Of a stretch of DNA of 64,000 nucleotides, positions 17,675 to 28,059 are shown in pieces. The stretch is from Rubripirellula sp. (GTDB taxonomy: Bacteria > Planctomycetota > Planctomycetia > Pirellulales > Pirellulaceae): NCBI GenBank assembly GCA_965216875.1, contig OZ244207.1, positions 448,001 through 512,000 of the forward strand, in the 5' to 3' direction. The position numbers and the translations under genes were made by a program. The notes under the pieces were generated by a model. It had not been told where the DNA came from and did no database searches. It worked only from the letters and a program-made list of their open reading frames with translations. Within the stretch, counting starts at the first letter, position 1. Each line of letters opens with the position of its first letter.

Positions 17675-18817
17675 GTGGCAATTGCCAACCTTCGTCGCGG
17701 ATTGATGGCGGTGGCCTTGCTAGCTGGCATCTCCGCAGCGATTGGGCTGGCGTGGCATTCCCGCTTCCAACCGCCTCGTTTTTTCGAGGTTGCAGGTCCC
17801 TCGATGGTTCCGACGCTGGTCGGCCCCTCGCTCGACGCGCACTGTCAGCGGTGTCGAAGCCGCACGCGTGTCTCACCAACTGCTGCAACCAGCAACAGCA
17901 TCCATCGCATCTGCTCGCTGTGCGGAGGGACGCTCCACTTGGCGGACTCACCGATTCCGCCAGACGTCGTCGAGATTGAACCTGTCGCATCCGACGCAGC
18001 GCTTTCAAGGGGAATGCTTGTCGCGTTTGAGAACGATCACTTGATGGTCAAACGCATCGCGGGCCTCGAAGGCGACGAGATCGGCATCGACCAAGCAACT
18101 CGCCAATTGACGCTCAATGCCATACCCCTCATCGATGCACTCGCCGAACAACTGGGGCCAGAAAGCCTGCCCACGTTGTTGGTGGATCGCGACGCAGGTC
18201 GGGATGTCTCGCGATGGGTTGGGGCGCGCGGTTGGCACCGCGATGAATCAGGCCGATGGCGTTTCGAAAACGACCACGCGACTCAATCTGGCGAAACGTG
18301 GCTGGTCTATCACCATCAAAGTGTGCATGACCACAACCTGCCCAGCCGCATCATGGACGACTATCCGTTCAACGTAGGTGTGACGCGCAAATTGATTGGA
18401 GTGGGTCGATTCCGAGTTTCAGCGGAAGTGCGTTCGGACATGCCGGTGGAGCTAGAGGTCGCCTTCTGGAGTCACGATGGCCCACGCTCGACGACCTTCA
18501 AGAACTGCCAAGGTGAGTTTTCGGCAACCTCTTTCCAGTCGATTGCAAACGCGTCGCTGCCCGTCACCCCAACGACACCGGTTGCGATCCGAGTCGACGC
18601 CGCGGTGATGCTGACCGACATCATCCTTGACCGTTTCGTGCAATACCGATTACGCCCGCGCGATGACGATTCGCTATACCCACTGAAGCTTGCACGCGGA
18701 CAGTTGTTTGTTGTTGGCGACAACGTGCCGGTGTCCAAAGATAGCCGCGAGTTTGGCGCCGTGAGCACGAAACAAATCGTTGGCACCGTATCACCGGTTC
18801 GATCAGACCCGCAATGA
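17675..18817 (+). CDS. Signal peptidase I-like protein (S26) with CxxC...CxxC insert
   Basis: N-terminal TM, GPSMVPTL (Ser), MVKRIAGLEGD (Lys), GDNVPVSKDSREFG; CQRC...CSLC. Confidence 0.8.
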   Translation: MAIANLRRGLMAVALLAGISAAIGLAWHSRFQPPRFFEVAGPSMVPTLVGPSLDAHCQRCRSRTRVSPTAATSNSIHRICSLCGGTLHLADSPIPPDVVEIEPVASDAALSRGMLVAFENDHLMVKRIAGLEGDEIGIDQATRQLTLNAIPLIDALAEQLGPESLPTLLVDRDAGRDVSRWVGARGWHRDESGRWRFENDHATQSGETWLVYHHQSVHDHNLPSRIMDDYPFNVGVTRKLIGVGRFRVSAEVRSDMPVELEVAFWSHDGPRSTTFKNCQGEFSATSFQSIANASLPVTPTTPVAIRVDAAVMLTDIILDRFVQYRLRPRDDDSLYPLKLARGQLFVVGDNVPVSKDSREFGAVSTKQIVGTVSPVRSDPQ

Positions 18818-18823
18818 CCGTTT

Positions 18824-18881
18824 GTAGTACCGAGCTTTAGCCGGAACCTTCACTGCGCATCCGCCTGACAGCGGTACGAAC
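18824..18881. repeat. REP-like doublet (GTAG-TACCGAGCTTTAGCCGG...CCGCCTGA), between convergent genes
   Basis: The first ~23 nt are identical to the copy starting at 53097. Confidence 0.7.
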
Positions 18882-18903
18882 CGCGCAACGACAGTCGCCT
18901 CAA

Positions 18904-19935
18904 TCACCGTGGCGGTGGGGGTGGCAATTGCAGTGATTGCGGCTCGGCTGTGAGCGACGATCGGTAGTGTTTCAGCAGTCCATGAACGGATTGAAACTCG
19001 GCTCGGGTCGCTAACGAACGATATTGGGGATTAATTGCCACTTGGTCGAAACGCTGAATGACGGTGGCGATTTCGTCAGCCGTTGGATGTTGTTGAGCGA
19101 GAAAAACCGAACCGGGCAAAGCGAGGTAGTTCTTCCACTGAGGGTCAAGGATTTCGTAGAGCTGCGGCGAAATTTGAGCAAGCTGTCCACGAAGAACGTC
19201 AGCTTCAGTTCCCTGTTGCAAGTGAGGGGCGGCGGTTGGTGTTTGAATCACCGGTTGTTTGGGCGTTGGTAGCTGACCTGCGTAGGCCGCAATCGATTGG
19301 GTCAGTCGCTTGGCCGGCTCGGGCACGATGACTTGGCCTGCAGCGTCGGGAGTGCCGTAGTAACGTGACGTGGCAAGTTGGTCGATTCGAAGCACCGATC
19401 CGTCGATCGAGACGCCTGCGAAGAGTCCTCGGCTGCGTGAGTAGGTGTAGATTTCAGCTCGCAGTCCTGTGTCGGTTGCGACCGCGCCTTGGCGGCCAAC
19501 GGGACCTGCCGCAGCGGCGGCGTCTGCGCCAAGGGTGAGCTTTCCGTTGAGCAGATTTTGAACACTGCTTGGCGTCTTGAAAACCAAAACGATGTCAGAA
19601 GACTGCACTCCGATTTGCCAACCAATGTTTCCACCGGTCAATGTGATAAAGACGGGAGCGTGCCATATTTGTCCCGACTCTCGGATGAACAACAAGCCAC
19701 GTCCGCGTCGTGCGCCGACGACAAAGCTTCCTTTGATCACTTGAGGAATGATTGCGACCGCGTGTGCATCGCTCAGCATCGCTTCGGGAATGCGATGGCC
19801 CGTGGTGGCGAGTGCCTCGTTGAGGACCACCGATGCTTTTGCAATCGTTTCGGATTGCTGATTCTGGGCCGTTGCGGTCGTCGCGTTTGCGAGGATCGCA
19901 GCGATGGCAACAAATAGGACTAGCATCGGTCGCAT
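18904..19935 (-). CDS. Lipid-binding SYLF/Ysc84 domain protein
   Basis: Signal peptide; KGSFVVGARRGRG, GGNIGWQIGVQSSDIVLV, GKLTLGADAAAAAGPVGR, YSRSRGLFAGVSIDG. Confidence 0.88.
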   Translation of the reverse strand: MRPMLVLFVAIAAILANATTATAQNQQSETIAKASVVLNEALATTGHRIPEAMLSDAHAVAIIPQVIKGSFVVGARRGRGLLFIRESGQIWHAPVFITLTGGNIGWQIGVQSSDIVLVFKTPSSVQNLLNGKLTLGADAAAAAGPVGRQGAVATDTGLRAEIYTYSRSRGLFAGVSIDGSVLRIDQLATSRYYGTPDAAGQVIVPEPAKRLTQSIAAYAGQLPTPKQPVIQTPTAAPHLQQGTEADVLRGQLAQISPQLYEILDPQWKNYLALPGSVFLAQQHPTADEIATVIQRFDQVAINPQYRSLATRAEFQSVHGLLKHYRSSLTAEPQSLQLPPPPPR

Positions 19936-20178
19936 AGCGAGGCTCCTTCCTTGAAAACCGATCATTGGGCCTTGGAATCCGATCGTTGGCCGGTGAACAC
20001 GCATTCTAGGAGAATGCCCTGAAGACCAGAACACGAATAATCGCCACGGAGCACGTGCAATCAAGACTTAACCCCTGAATATGTGCCCCTTTCCCGCCGC
20101 CAACGTTGATTCCGGCCCAGAATGAATAATGCTGGTATTCTGTTCCTACCTCTTTCCCCCCGTGACGACTGACTAGCG

Positions 20179-22629
20179 ATGCCCAGGTATGGACTTGCAC
20201 TTTCGGGTGGCGGATTCCGCGCCGTCCTGTATCACTTGGGCGTGGTGCGATTGCTTCGTGACGCCGGGCTGCTAAATCAGATCACGCACATCACAAGCGT
20301 CTCGGGGGGGAGTGTCCTCGGCGCTCATCTTGTCTTGAACTGGGACCGCTACACCGGATCGGACCAAGAGTTCCAAGAAGTGACCGACGAGTTGCTTCAA
20401 TTCCTGCAGCTTGATATTCGCAACCGCATTGTCCGGCGTTTTCCGTTCGCGTCCACAGCGAACATGTTGCGGCGTACCTTTCGACTTGAACGCCGCCGCG
20501 TCTTCACCCGCGCCGGGTTGTTGGAACATCATTACCAGCGTTACTTGTACGGCGACGTCGGACTCTTCAATCTCCCTGAGTCACCGCGTCTTTACATCTT
20601 GGCGACCAACCTAAGCGAAGGTTCCCTGTGCGCGTTCTACCGCGACGGCATGATGCTGCAACGCCGCACGCCAGGCGAACAGATGCAATTCGAGAGCATC
20701 CCTACCGGACTCGCAACGGTTCCGATGGCGGTGGCTGCGTCGTCGGCATTTCCCGGGTTCTTTCCGCCACTTGAATTGCGTAGCAGCGAAGTTGGAGCGC
20801 GTGAGGGTGAATTTGGTCGGCAGTCCTTTACCGATGGCGGGATCTACGACAACATCGGATTGAGGATGTTTCGTCACATCCAGCAATCGACGTTCCGCGA
20901 CATCGACTCGTTTGAACTCGATGACGTCGTTGACGAAAATGCACTCGTCAGATTGCTAAGTGGCAATGAGTTACCGACAAGCAATTCGCCTCACTCGCGA
21001 TTGGTCCAGCGGCTTGACGAACTTGCGCCATCTCAAGGCGAAGTCGCAAGTGAACACAAATGCGCGAGCTTGATCGAGCGTCTCGCGACCGTGATCGAAA
21101 CGGACGAACTCTATCGCGACCCGGTCTTGCGTGATGTCAAGCTGAGCGACCCGACAGCGCAACTTCTGCTTCACGGTTTGAGCGACTCGTCCGAACAAGC
21201 AAACAGTTGTGACCAGATTTGGTTGAACCGCCAAATTGTCGCTTCCGTCATGCATCAAGAGATTGGCCATCGTGTCTTGAGGACAGGACACCGCGGATTC
21301 GATGGCGTCATGGTGAGTGATGCTGGCGCGACATTCAAAGTTCGTTCCGAAGGTCGCGCCGGTGGTCTGCTTAGCACTGCGATGCGTTCGACCGACATCT
21401 TGATGGATCGCGTGAACCAGATGGAATTGGAATCCTTCCGGAACACGCCGGGTGTGCTCTTTTTTCCGATCACTCGAATCGTCGATAGCGTTGCCGATCC
21501 CTATGCCCCGCATCGCGAAATCCAACGCAATGCGGCGTTGATTCGCACCGACATGGATCGTTTTTCGGATTTGGAAATTTCGGCGCTCGTTCAGCACGGA
21601 TACTGTGTCGCGAGACAAGCCTGTCGCGAAGAATCATCACTCGACATCAACGACAACCTCAAAGGCGCGCCCTGGGAACCAGTTCAAACGCAGCGTTCCT
21701 CGCGCGGTCCCGTACCCACCCTGTGCGACGAAAAAAATGCATTGCAGCACGCTCGCACGCTACAAAAATCGTCGTCGCGTCGCATCGTTTCGACACTTGT
21801 AAGTTGGCGTGATTGGCCGTCGTACATTTGGGTTCCACTGGTCGCTTGGTTGGTCTGCGTGATCCCCTATTCGTTGTATGAATCGCGCAGGACTGCCGTG
21901 CAACATGGATATGTGGTGACTGCGGTTGCCGAAACCAGTCCAGTCTACCGGCGACTTCTTGAATTGATTGATGGCGGCCCCGTCACGGAACGTCCTCTCG
22001 TTGAATTCGATGAAGTCGATCAACTACAACCGCCAAACTCGGATAGCTTCGAAGTCCTTTCGGACGATCGGATTTTTGACCTGCGGAATTGGACCACGGG
22101 GTCAAAGAACGACGAGGCCTATGCCTATAGCCGACTGCATGTGCGGCGAAAGGTCGAAGCGACCGAAACGCACATTCGATTGCAGGCCAAGTCACGTGAC
22201 CCTGAACTCGATTTCGTTTGTCGCGAGGCGAGTCTGTTTCCGCGCTATCGTCGAATGACGTTGCCCGACGGAAACTACCACTGGGAGATCGATCTCGACT
22301 TTTCTCGCATACCGCATGGTGGCGATGCCGAGGTCGTGTTTGATGGCCACGTTCTAAGCGAGCGGGCAGCAACGTATGGTGACGAGGGGCTCTTTCAGTT
22401 TGCGGTGATGGTCGACACCGCGTTGCTGCAGATCTGGATGTTGATGCCCGACGATCGCGGCTACAAGGATTTCACCATCCGCGGCTACCCGATTGGCGAG
22501 CCAGAGATGACCGAAGTGATCACGCCCACCAACACGGTGCAGTTGCCAATCGGAGCGATTGCGGTCTTTCAATTAATCAACCCGCGACACGACTACCGCT
22601 ACGAATGTCGCTGGACTTGGACTGAATAG
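20179..22629 (+). CDS. Patatin-like phospholipase with TM helix and C-terminal domain
   Basis: LALSGGGFRA, SVSGGS nucleophile elbow, ASSAFPGFF, DGG; later VSDAGA; TM segment YIWVPLVAWLVCVIPY. Confidence 0.85.
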   Translation: MPRYGLALSGGGFRAVLYHLGVVRLLRDAGLLNQITHITSVSGGSVLGAHLVLNWDRYTGSDQEFQEVTDELLQFLQLDIRNRIVRRFPFASTANMLRRTFRLERRRVFTRAGLLEHHYQRYLYGDVGLFNLPESPRLYILATNLSEGSLCAFYRDGMMLQRRTPGEQMQFESIPTGLATVPMAVAASSAFPGFFPPLELRSSEVGAREGEFGRQSFTDGGIYDNIGLRMFRHIQQSTFRDIDSFELDDVVDENALVRLLSGNELPTSNSPHSRLVQRLDELAPSQGEVASEHKCASLIERLATVIETDELYRDPVLRDVKLSDPTAQLLLHGLSDSSEQANSCDQIWLNRQIVASVMHQEIGHRVLRTGHRGFDGVMVSDAGATFKVRSEGRAGGLLSTAMRSTDILMDRVNQMELESFRNTPGVLFFPITRIVDSVADPYAPHREIQRNAALIRTDMDRFSDLEISALVQHGYCVARQACREESSLDINDNLKGAPWEPVQTQRSSRGPVPTLCDEKNALQHARTLQKSSSRRIVSTLVSWRDWPSYIWVPLVAWLVCVIPYSLYESRRTAVQHGYVVTAVAETSPVYRRLLELIDGGPVTERPLVEFDEVDQLQPPNSDSFEVLSDDRIFDLRNWTTGSKNDEAYAYSRLHVRRKVEATETHIRLQAKSRDPELDFVCREASLFPRYRRMTLPDGNYHWEIDLDFSRIPHGGDAEVVFDGHVLSERAATYGDEGLFQFAVMVDTALLQIWMLMPDDRGYKDFTIRGYPIGEPEMTEVITPTNTVQLPIGAIAVFQLINPRHDYRYECRWTWTE

Positions 22630-22785
22630 AAGCTTCTCGCCTGCGCCAGGACTCTGAAAGATCCTCTAGCACTGCGAAGGGATTCTACCCCCGAAAGTGC
22701 GGGCGAATCCTTCACCGTTTTTAGACACTTGCGCTTTGCGAGCCTCTACACTGGAATCCACTGCGACGGGGAACCACTGCGGTGA

Positions 22786-25700
22786 GTGCATGAAAACTTG
22801 CCGCTAGCAGTTCCGTTTGGCAATCGGGAGTCTTGGGTGTACCGCATTTTTTTGATCGTCCTCGCTGTATCGCTGGCGACCGCTTCCAAGGTTTCGTTGG
22901 CCCAAGTGGACGATGGGCCCCCTTTGAGCGGCGGCAATCGTCTGACTTACTTGGACGAGTACTGTGATCCTTACTACCCGCATCTCGGCTTCGCCAAACT
23001 GACGACTCCCGCTTGGGTCGGTGACAACGATGTTGATGCCGTCGTCACGCTCGCGATTGACGACATGCGCGACTCTGCAAAGTACGAAGCCTACTTGCGG
23101 CCGATTCTCGAACGGCTCAAGCAAATCGATGGTCGTGCCCCGGTAAGCGTCATGTCCTGCAGTGTGGACCCTGAGGATCCGCTGTTGCAAACCTGGCTCG
23201 ACGAAGGGCTTTCGATCGAAGTGCACACCATCGATCATCCTTGTCCCTGTTTACAGGGGGGCGACTTCGAGCAAGCGAAAGCAACCTACGAAGATTGCGT
23301 CGACCTGATGGCGTCGGTCGAGGGGAATCACCCGGTCGCCTTTCGCATGCCCTGTTGCGACTCGCGAAACACGCCCAGCCCCCGATTCTGGATGGAGGTT
23401 TTTAACCGACGGACCAAGCGTCAGAACTTTTTGCAAATCGATAGTTCGGTCTTCAATGTCTTTACGGGCGACGACCTCGAGCTACCTAAACACTGGCTCG
23501 TCAACCAGCAGGGTGAACCGCGATTCAAACGGTACATCCCTTTTCCGTCCTTTGTGAACACCATCGAAAACTATCCCTATCCCTACGTGATCGCGAAACG
23601 GGTTTGGCAATTCCCGTGCGTTGTTCCAAGTGACTGGGAAGCACAGAACATTCAAAGGCCTAACAACCCGCAAACGGTTGATGACCTGAAAGTGGCACTC
23701 GATGCCACCGTCAAGAAACAAGGCGTCTTCAACCTCGTCTTTCATCCGCACGGCTGGATCCGCAATGATCAAATCGTCGAACTGATTGATTATGCATTCG
23801 AGACGTATGGAGATCGCGTTCTGTTTTTGAACTTCAACGAATGCGTCCAACGCATCAACTCGAACTTGCTCGATGACCAACCCATCCGCCATCCCGACTC
23901 GGGCGATGACAACGGCGTCCGGCTGGCCGATGTCAACAACGACGGGCACTTGGATGTGCTGATTGGCAACGACTCCCAACAGCGGCTGAAGATCTGGCAG
24001 CCATCTCAATCTGCTTGGCTGGAAACGCCGCTTCCGGTCAAGCTTGTGACGGTCCAGGAGGGCACGACGGTTGAGCTTGGTGTGCGTTTGGGGAAGCTTG
24101 ATCAAACGTCACCATGCAGCTTGTTTGTCAGCACAGAAGACCAACAGGGGATTCACCACTTTCGCGGTGGCCGCTTCACAACCGAGCCACTTCCGGTGGG
24201 TTTGTCAGGACTGCAGACATGCGTTGCTGGGATCGACCAAGGTGTGCGGTTGCGTGATTTGGACAACGACGGGATTTGTGAGGTCATCGTCGCCAACCCG
24301 AAAGTCCAACAGATCCTTCAGCGGTCTGGGGCGGGAGATTGGAATGTCGTCTCCGAAGACATTGGTGCGCCGATCGTCGACGCCGATGGACAAGACGCTG
24401 GTGTTCGCTTCATCGATCTCGATCGCGATCGGTTCGTCGACGTTGTTGCCGCCAACGGGGCCGAATCGACTATCCAGCTTTACGATAGCGGCACGCAGGG
24501 ATTCACTCGGCGCATCGAATTGTCCGATCCGCTGCCACCGATCGTTCGTGAAGGAGCCAACAACGGTGTTTGGTTTGCACGTGAGCACATGTGGGTGCAA
24601 AACGAAGACACCCATCGGTTGCCCGACAATGTGGATCGACGAACATTCGGGCAAATGTTGGGTGCCGGTGACCCGCCGCCCAAATCAGCTCAGGCATCGC
24701 TTGATTCGATTCGCGTGCCAGCGGGGTTCGAAGTTGAACTTGTTGCCGCCGAACCGTTAGTGCAAGATCCCGTCGCGATTGACTTTGGCAGTGATGGTCG
24801 GCTTTGGGTCGCCGAAATGGCCGACTATCCGCTTGGCATCGACGACCGGGGAGAACCGGGCGGCCGGATTCGTTTTCTCGAGGACAAAGATGGCGACGGG
24901 ATCTTTGACAAATCAACGTTGTTTCTTGATCAGATCCCGTTTCCAACCGGTGTCATGCAATGGCGTGATGGAGTCATTGTTAGCGCTGCCCCCGAGATCT
25001 TTTTTGCCGCCGACCGCGATGGAGATGGCAAAGCCGAAGTGCGCGAAGTGCTTTATCGTGGCTTTACCGAAGGGAACCAACAACATCGAGTGAACGGGTT
25101 TCGTCGCGGCTTGGACAATTGGGTTTACCTTGCCAACGGCGACAGCGACGGGGTAATCGAATCGCTCAAGACAGGTCAACAAGTCGACATTCGCGGACGC
25201 GACCTGCGCATACGTCCGGACACTGGCGAGATGGACCCGCAAGCAGGTCGGACTCAGTTTGGTCGGCATCGCGATGACCACGGGAATTGGTTTGGATCAA
25301 GCAATCCGTTGCCACTTCGTCATTACATTTTGTCGGACCACTATCAACGTCGAAATCCTCTCGTACCCTCACCGGCCGCCCATCGCGATATTGTGCGGGT
25401 CGACAACAGCCAAGTGTTTCCCGTTTCTCGCGTGTTGAGCCATTGGTCCGGTTACAAGCCGCCGCCGGCCGGGACGCCTCACCGGTTCACCTCTGCTTGC
25501 AGCACCGTTGTTTATCGTGATCAGTTGCTAGGCCGCGAATTCGTGGGCAACACATTCACCTGCGAGCCGGTCCACAACCTCGTCCATCGCCGAAAGCTGA
25601 TCCGAGATGGCATCTCCTTTCGAAGTGAACGCCCCAGCGGTGAGGCGTCACGGGAGTTTCTCGCTTCGAGCGACAGTTGGTTCCGCCCGACCATGGCAAC

Positions 25701-27933
25701 CACAGGTACCGATGGTGCGTTGTGGGTGGTTGATATGTACCGGGCCGTCATAGAGCACCCGGAGTGGATCGATGACGAACGCGAAAAACAGCTGTTCTTG
25801 CGAGCGGGGCACGATCGCGGACGCATCTATCGCATCTACCCGAAAGACGAAAGACCAGGGCCGTTGCAGGAGTTGTCGGTGCGCGACGCGGGCGATTTGA
25901 TCAGGCATTTGGGGTCAACCAACGGCACGCTTCGCGATCTTGCACAGCAATTGCTGATCCAACGCGGCAACAACGACGTCACCCGACAATTGCGGCACCT
26001 CATCATCACGGACCAAACGCCTCTGACTCGATTGCACGCGCTCTGCGTCCTCGATGGTCTTGGTGAGATCGATGTTTCCATTTTGAAGCGGGCCTTATCG
26101 GACGTCGATCCAACTGTCCAGCGACATGCGATTCGACTGAGCGAGTCGTTCTTGAAGAATCAGCACGAGCGGAGCGGCGAGCTGATCGAAGTGATGAGCC
26201 GTTGTCACCAGAACCCGCACGTCCAATTGCAACTCGCTTCGTCGCTCGGTTTCGCTCGCACTGAGGATGCGGTCGCGTTGCTTGCCGAGGTTGCCAATCG
26301 CAATGACTCACTCGAGATTCGGGCGGCCGTGATCAGTTCGCTCGGGCCGCACAATTACCAAGCGTTCTATCAATCATCGACGACTGCCCAAACGGATGCT
26401 GGCTTTCGCGATGCAATCATGGCAATCGCAAAGCAACAAGACGACTTCGTTTTGATGAGCCGATTGATCGACGATGTCATCACGCGCGTGCTGCGCCGAA
26501 AACAGACTCGCAATTTTGAAATCGTGACGGAAGTCCTCGAAGCCGTCGGAGATGATCGCGACAAGATTGAAACATCGACTCAGGTTTCAGTGGACGAAGC
26601 GCGTGAACTGGCCGAGCAAGTCCTGGCCGGAGCAGACGCCGCCGCCCCGTTGCGGGCCGCGGCCGTCGGTTTGCTTGCCACCGATCCCGGCTCGAACGCG
26701 TTGCTTGAAGCGTACCTTGCGCCGTCAGAGTCCGTGGAGGTTCAAATTGCCGTAGCCCGGGCTTTGAGCCGAGGAAACATTGAGGGCCGCGGAACGCTGC
26801 TGGACCGTTTCTCGCAGCTGAGCCCCAAGGTTCGCGTCGCGGTTGTTGAGCTATGGCTTTCGCGAGCCAATTCGTCGCTCCGTATGCTTGATGCGGTTGC
26901 CGATGGACAGCTTCCGGAATCAACCCTCAGCGTGACGGTCCGTCAACGCCTGCTCCATCACCCCAGCAAGGCGGTTCGTGAGGTCGCTCAGTCCCGGTTT
27001 GGTGAAACCGCCGGGCCAACAGACAACAGTCGTACGATTCGGCGTTACCTTTCGAAAGTCAATCCAAGGAAGGCTCAACTCGAAAAAGGCGAAAAGGTCT
27101 TTGCAAAGTCTTGTTCCGCTTGCCATCGATTGCGCGGCCTCGGGCATGCCATCGGCCCCGATTTGTCGGCTCTCAAGAACCGCTCTCCCGATATCTTGCT
27201 CACCGCGATCGTTACCCCTAACGCGGCTGTGGAAGACAAGTATCAAAACTACAACATCCTGCTCGATGATGGTGTCATCCTTTCCGGCGTGATCGCCTCG
27301 GAGTCGACAACCACGCTCGACTTGTCAATGAAAGACGGCAAGCAGATGCAGATTCTCCGGTCTCGAATTGAGCGGATCCAAAACAGCGGTCTTTCGATGA
27401 TGCCGGACGGCCTGCACAAAGAGATTTCTCCTTCGGACATGAATCACCTGCTCGCCTACCTCGACCAAGTCGGTCCGTCGCCGAAAGCGTACGAGGGAAA
27501 TGTGCCAGCGATCGTGACGCCGAGTGATCAAGGGAATGTTGTTCTGCCGGCGACGAAGTGCCGAATCTTTGGCGACGAGATTCGCTTTGAACCGCGTTAC
27601 AAGAACATTGGTTACTGGGTCGGGGACAACGACTACATCGATTGGTCCATCGCCGTCGAAGCGGCCGGCGACTACGAAGTCGTGCTCAGCTATGCATGTG
27701 CGGACCAATCGGCCGGTAATCAATTTCGCTTTACGGTCGGTAGCGATACGCTCCTAGGCAACATCGAAAGCACTGGATCTTGGGAAGTTTACCGTGATGT
27801 TTTGATTGGCAAAGTGAGCCTGCCAAGTGGAACGGTCTGCGCTGCGCTTCGGCCACGCAAAGGTGTCGATCGATTCTTGATGGACTTCCGCTCCATCACC
27901 CTGCGCCCGGTGCCAGCGGCCGCTTCGGAATAA
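22786..27933 (+). CDS. PVC-type heme-binding CxxCH protein fused to polysaccharide-deacetylase-like, FG-GAP and CBM-like domains
   Basis: VTLAIDD/EVHT/FRMP/FHPH (NodB-like); DVNNDG and DLDNDG repeats; GFEVELVAAEP...HDRGRIYR propeller; HEAT repeats; CSACH...IGPDLS...SMMPDG cytochrome; C-terminal CBM6/35-like TGSWEVY. Confidence 0.85.
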   Translation: MHENLPLAVPFGNRESWVYRIFLIVLAVSLATASKVSLAQVDDGPPLSGGNRLTYLDEYCDPYYPHLGFAKLTTPAWVGDNDVDAVVTLAIDDMRDSAKYEAYLRPILERLKQIDGRAPVSVMSCSVDPEDPLLQTWLDEGLSIEVHTIDHPCPCLQGGDFEQAKATYEDCVDLMASVEGNHPVAFRMPCCDSRNTPSPRFWMEVFNRRTKRQNFLQIDSSVFNVFTGDDLELPKHWLVNQQGEPRFKRYIPFPSFVNTIENYPYPYVIAKRVWQFPCVVPSDWEAQNIQRPNNPQTVDDLKVALDATVKKQGVFNLVFHPHGWIRNDQIVELIDYAFETYGDRVLFLNFNECVQRINSNLLDDQPIRHPDSGDDNGVRLADVNNDGHLDVLIGNDSQQRLKIWQPSQSAWLETPLPVKLVTVQEGTTVELGVRLGKLDQTSPCSLFVSTEDQQGIHHFRGGRFTTEPLPVGLSGLQTCVAGIDQGVRLRDLDNDGICEVIVANPKVQQILQRSGAGDWNVVSEDIGAPIVDADGQDAGVRFIDLDRDRFVDVVAANGAESTIQLYDSGTQGFTRRIELSDPLPPIVREGANNGVWFAREHMWVQNEDTHRLPDNVDRRTFGQMLGAGDPPPKSAQASLDSIRVPAGFEVELVAAEPLVQDPVAIDFGSDGRLWVAEMADYPLGIDDRGEPGGRIRFLEDKDGDGIFDKSTLFLDQIPFPTGVMQWRDGVIVSAAPEIFFAADRDGDGKAEVREVLYRGFTEGNQQHRVNGFRRGLDNWVYLANGDSDGVIESLKTGQQVDIRGRDLRIRPDTGEMDPQAGRTQFGRHRDDHGNWFGSSNPLPLRHYILSDHYQRRNPLVPSPAAHRDIVRVDNSQVFPVSRVLSHWSGYKPPPAGTPHRFTSACSTVVYRDQLLGREFVGNTFTCEPVHNLVHRRKLIRDGISFRSERPSGEASREFLASSDSWFRPTMATTGTDGALWVVDMYRAVIEHPEWIDDEREKQLFLRAGHDRGRIYRIYPKDERPGPLQELSVRDAGDLIRHLGSTNGTLRDLAQQLLIQRGNNDVTRQLRHLIITDQTPLTRLHALCVLDGLGEIDVSILKRALSDVDPTVQRHAIRLSESFLKNQHERSGELIEVMSRCHQNPHVQLQLASSLGFARTEDAVALLAEVANRNDSLEIRAAVISSLGPHNYQAFYQSSTTAQTDAGFRDAIMAIAKQQDDFVLMSRLIDDVITRVLRRKQTRNFEIVTEVLEAVGDDRDKIETSTQVSVDEARELAEQVLAGADAAAPLRAAAVGLLATDPGSNALLEAYLAPSESVEVQIAVARALSRGNIEGRGTLLDRFSQLSPKVRVAVVELWLSRANSSLRMLDAVADGQLPESTLSVTVRQRLLHHPSKAVREVAQSRFGETAGPTDNSRTIRRYLSKVNPRKAQLEKGEKVFAKSCSACHRLRGLGHAIGPDLSALKNRSPDILLTAIVTPNAAVEDKYQNYNILLDDGVILSGVIASESTTTLDLSMKDGKQMQILRSRIERIQNSGLSMMPDGLHKEISPSDMNHLLAYLDQVGPSPKAYEGNVPAIVTPSDQGNVVLPATKCRIFGDEIRFEPRYKNIGYWVGDNDYIDWSIAVEAAGDYEVVLSYACADQSAGNQFRFTVGSDTLLGNIESTGSWEVYRDVLIGKVSLPSGTVCAALRPRKGVDRFLMDFRSITLRPVPAAASE

Positions 27934-28059
27934 CAGCTGGCCGATTGGGATGCGCATTATTGCCCGGGGAGCAAAAACTTGAACACCCGGAGGCAATTTT
28001 GTCCTGGTATTCATAATTTGACAGTAGTGGTCTTGACCATAGGTGTCATAACGTTCAAA

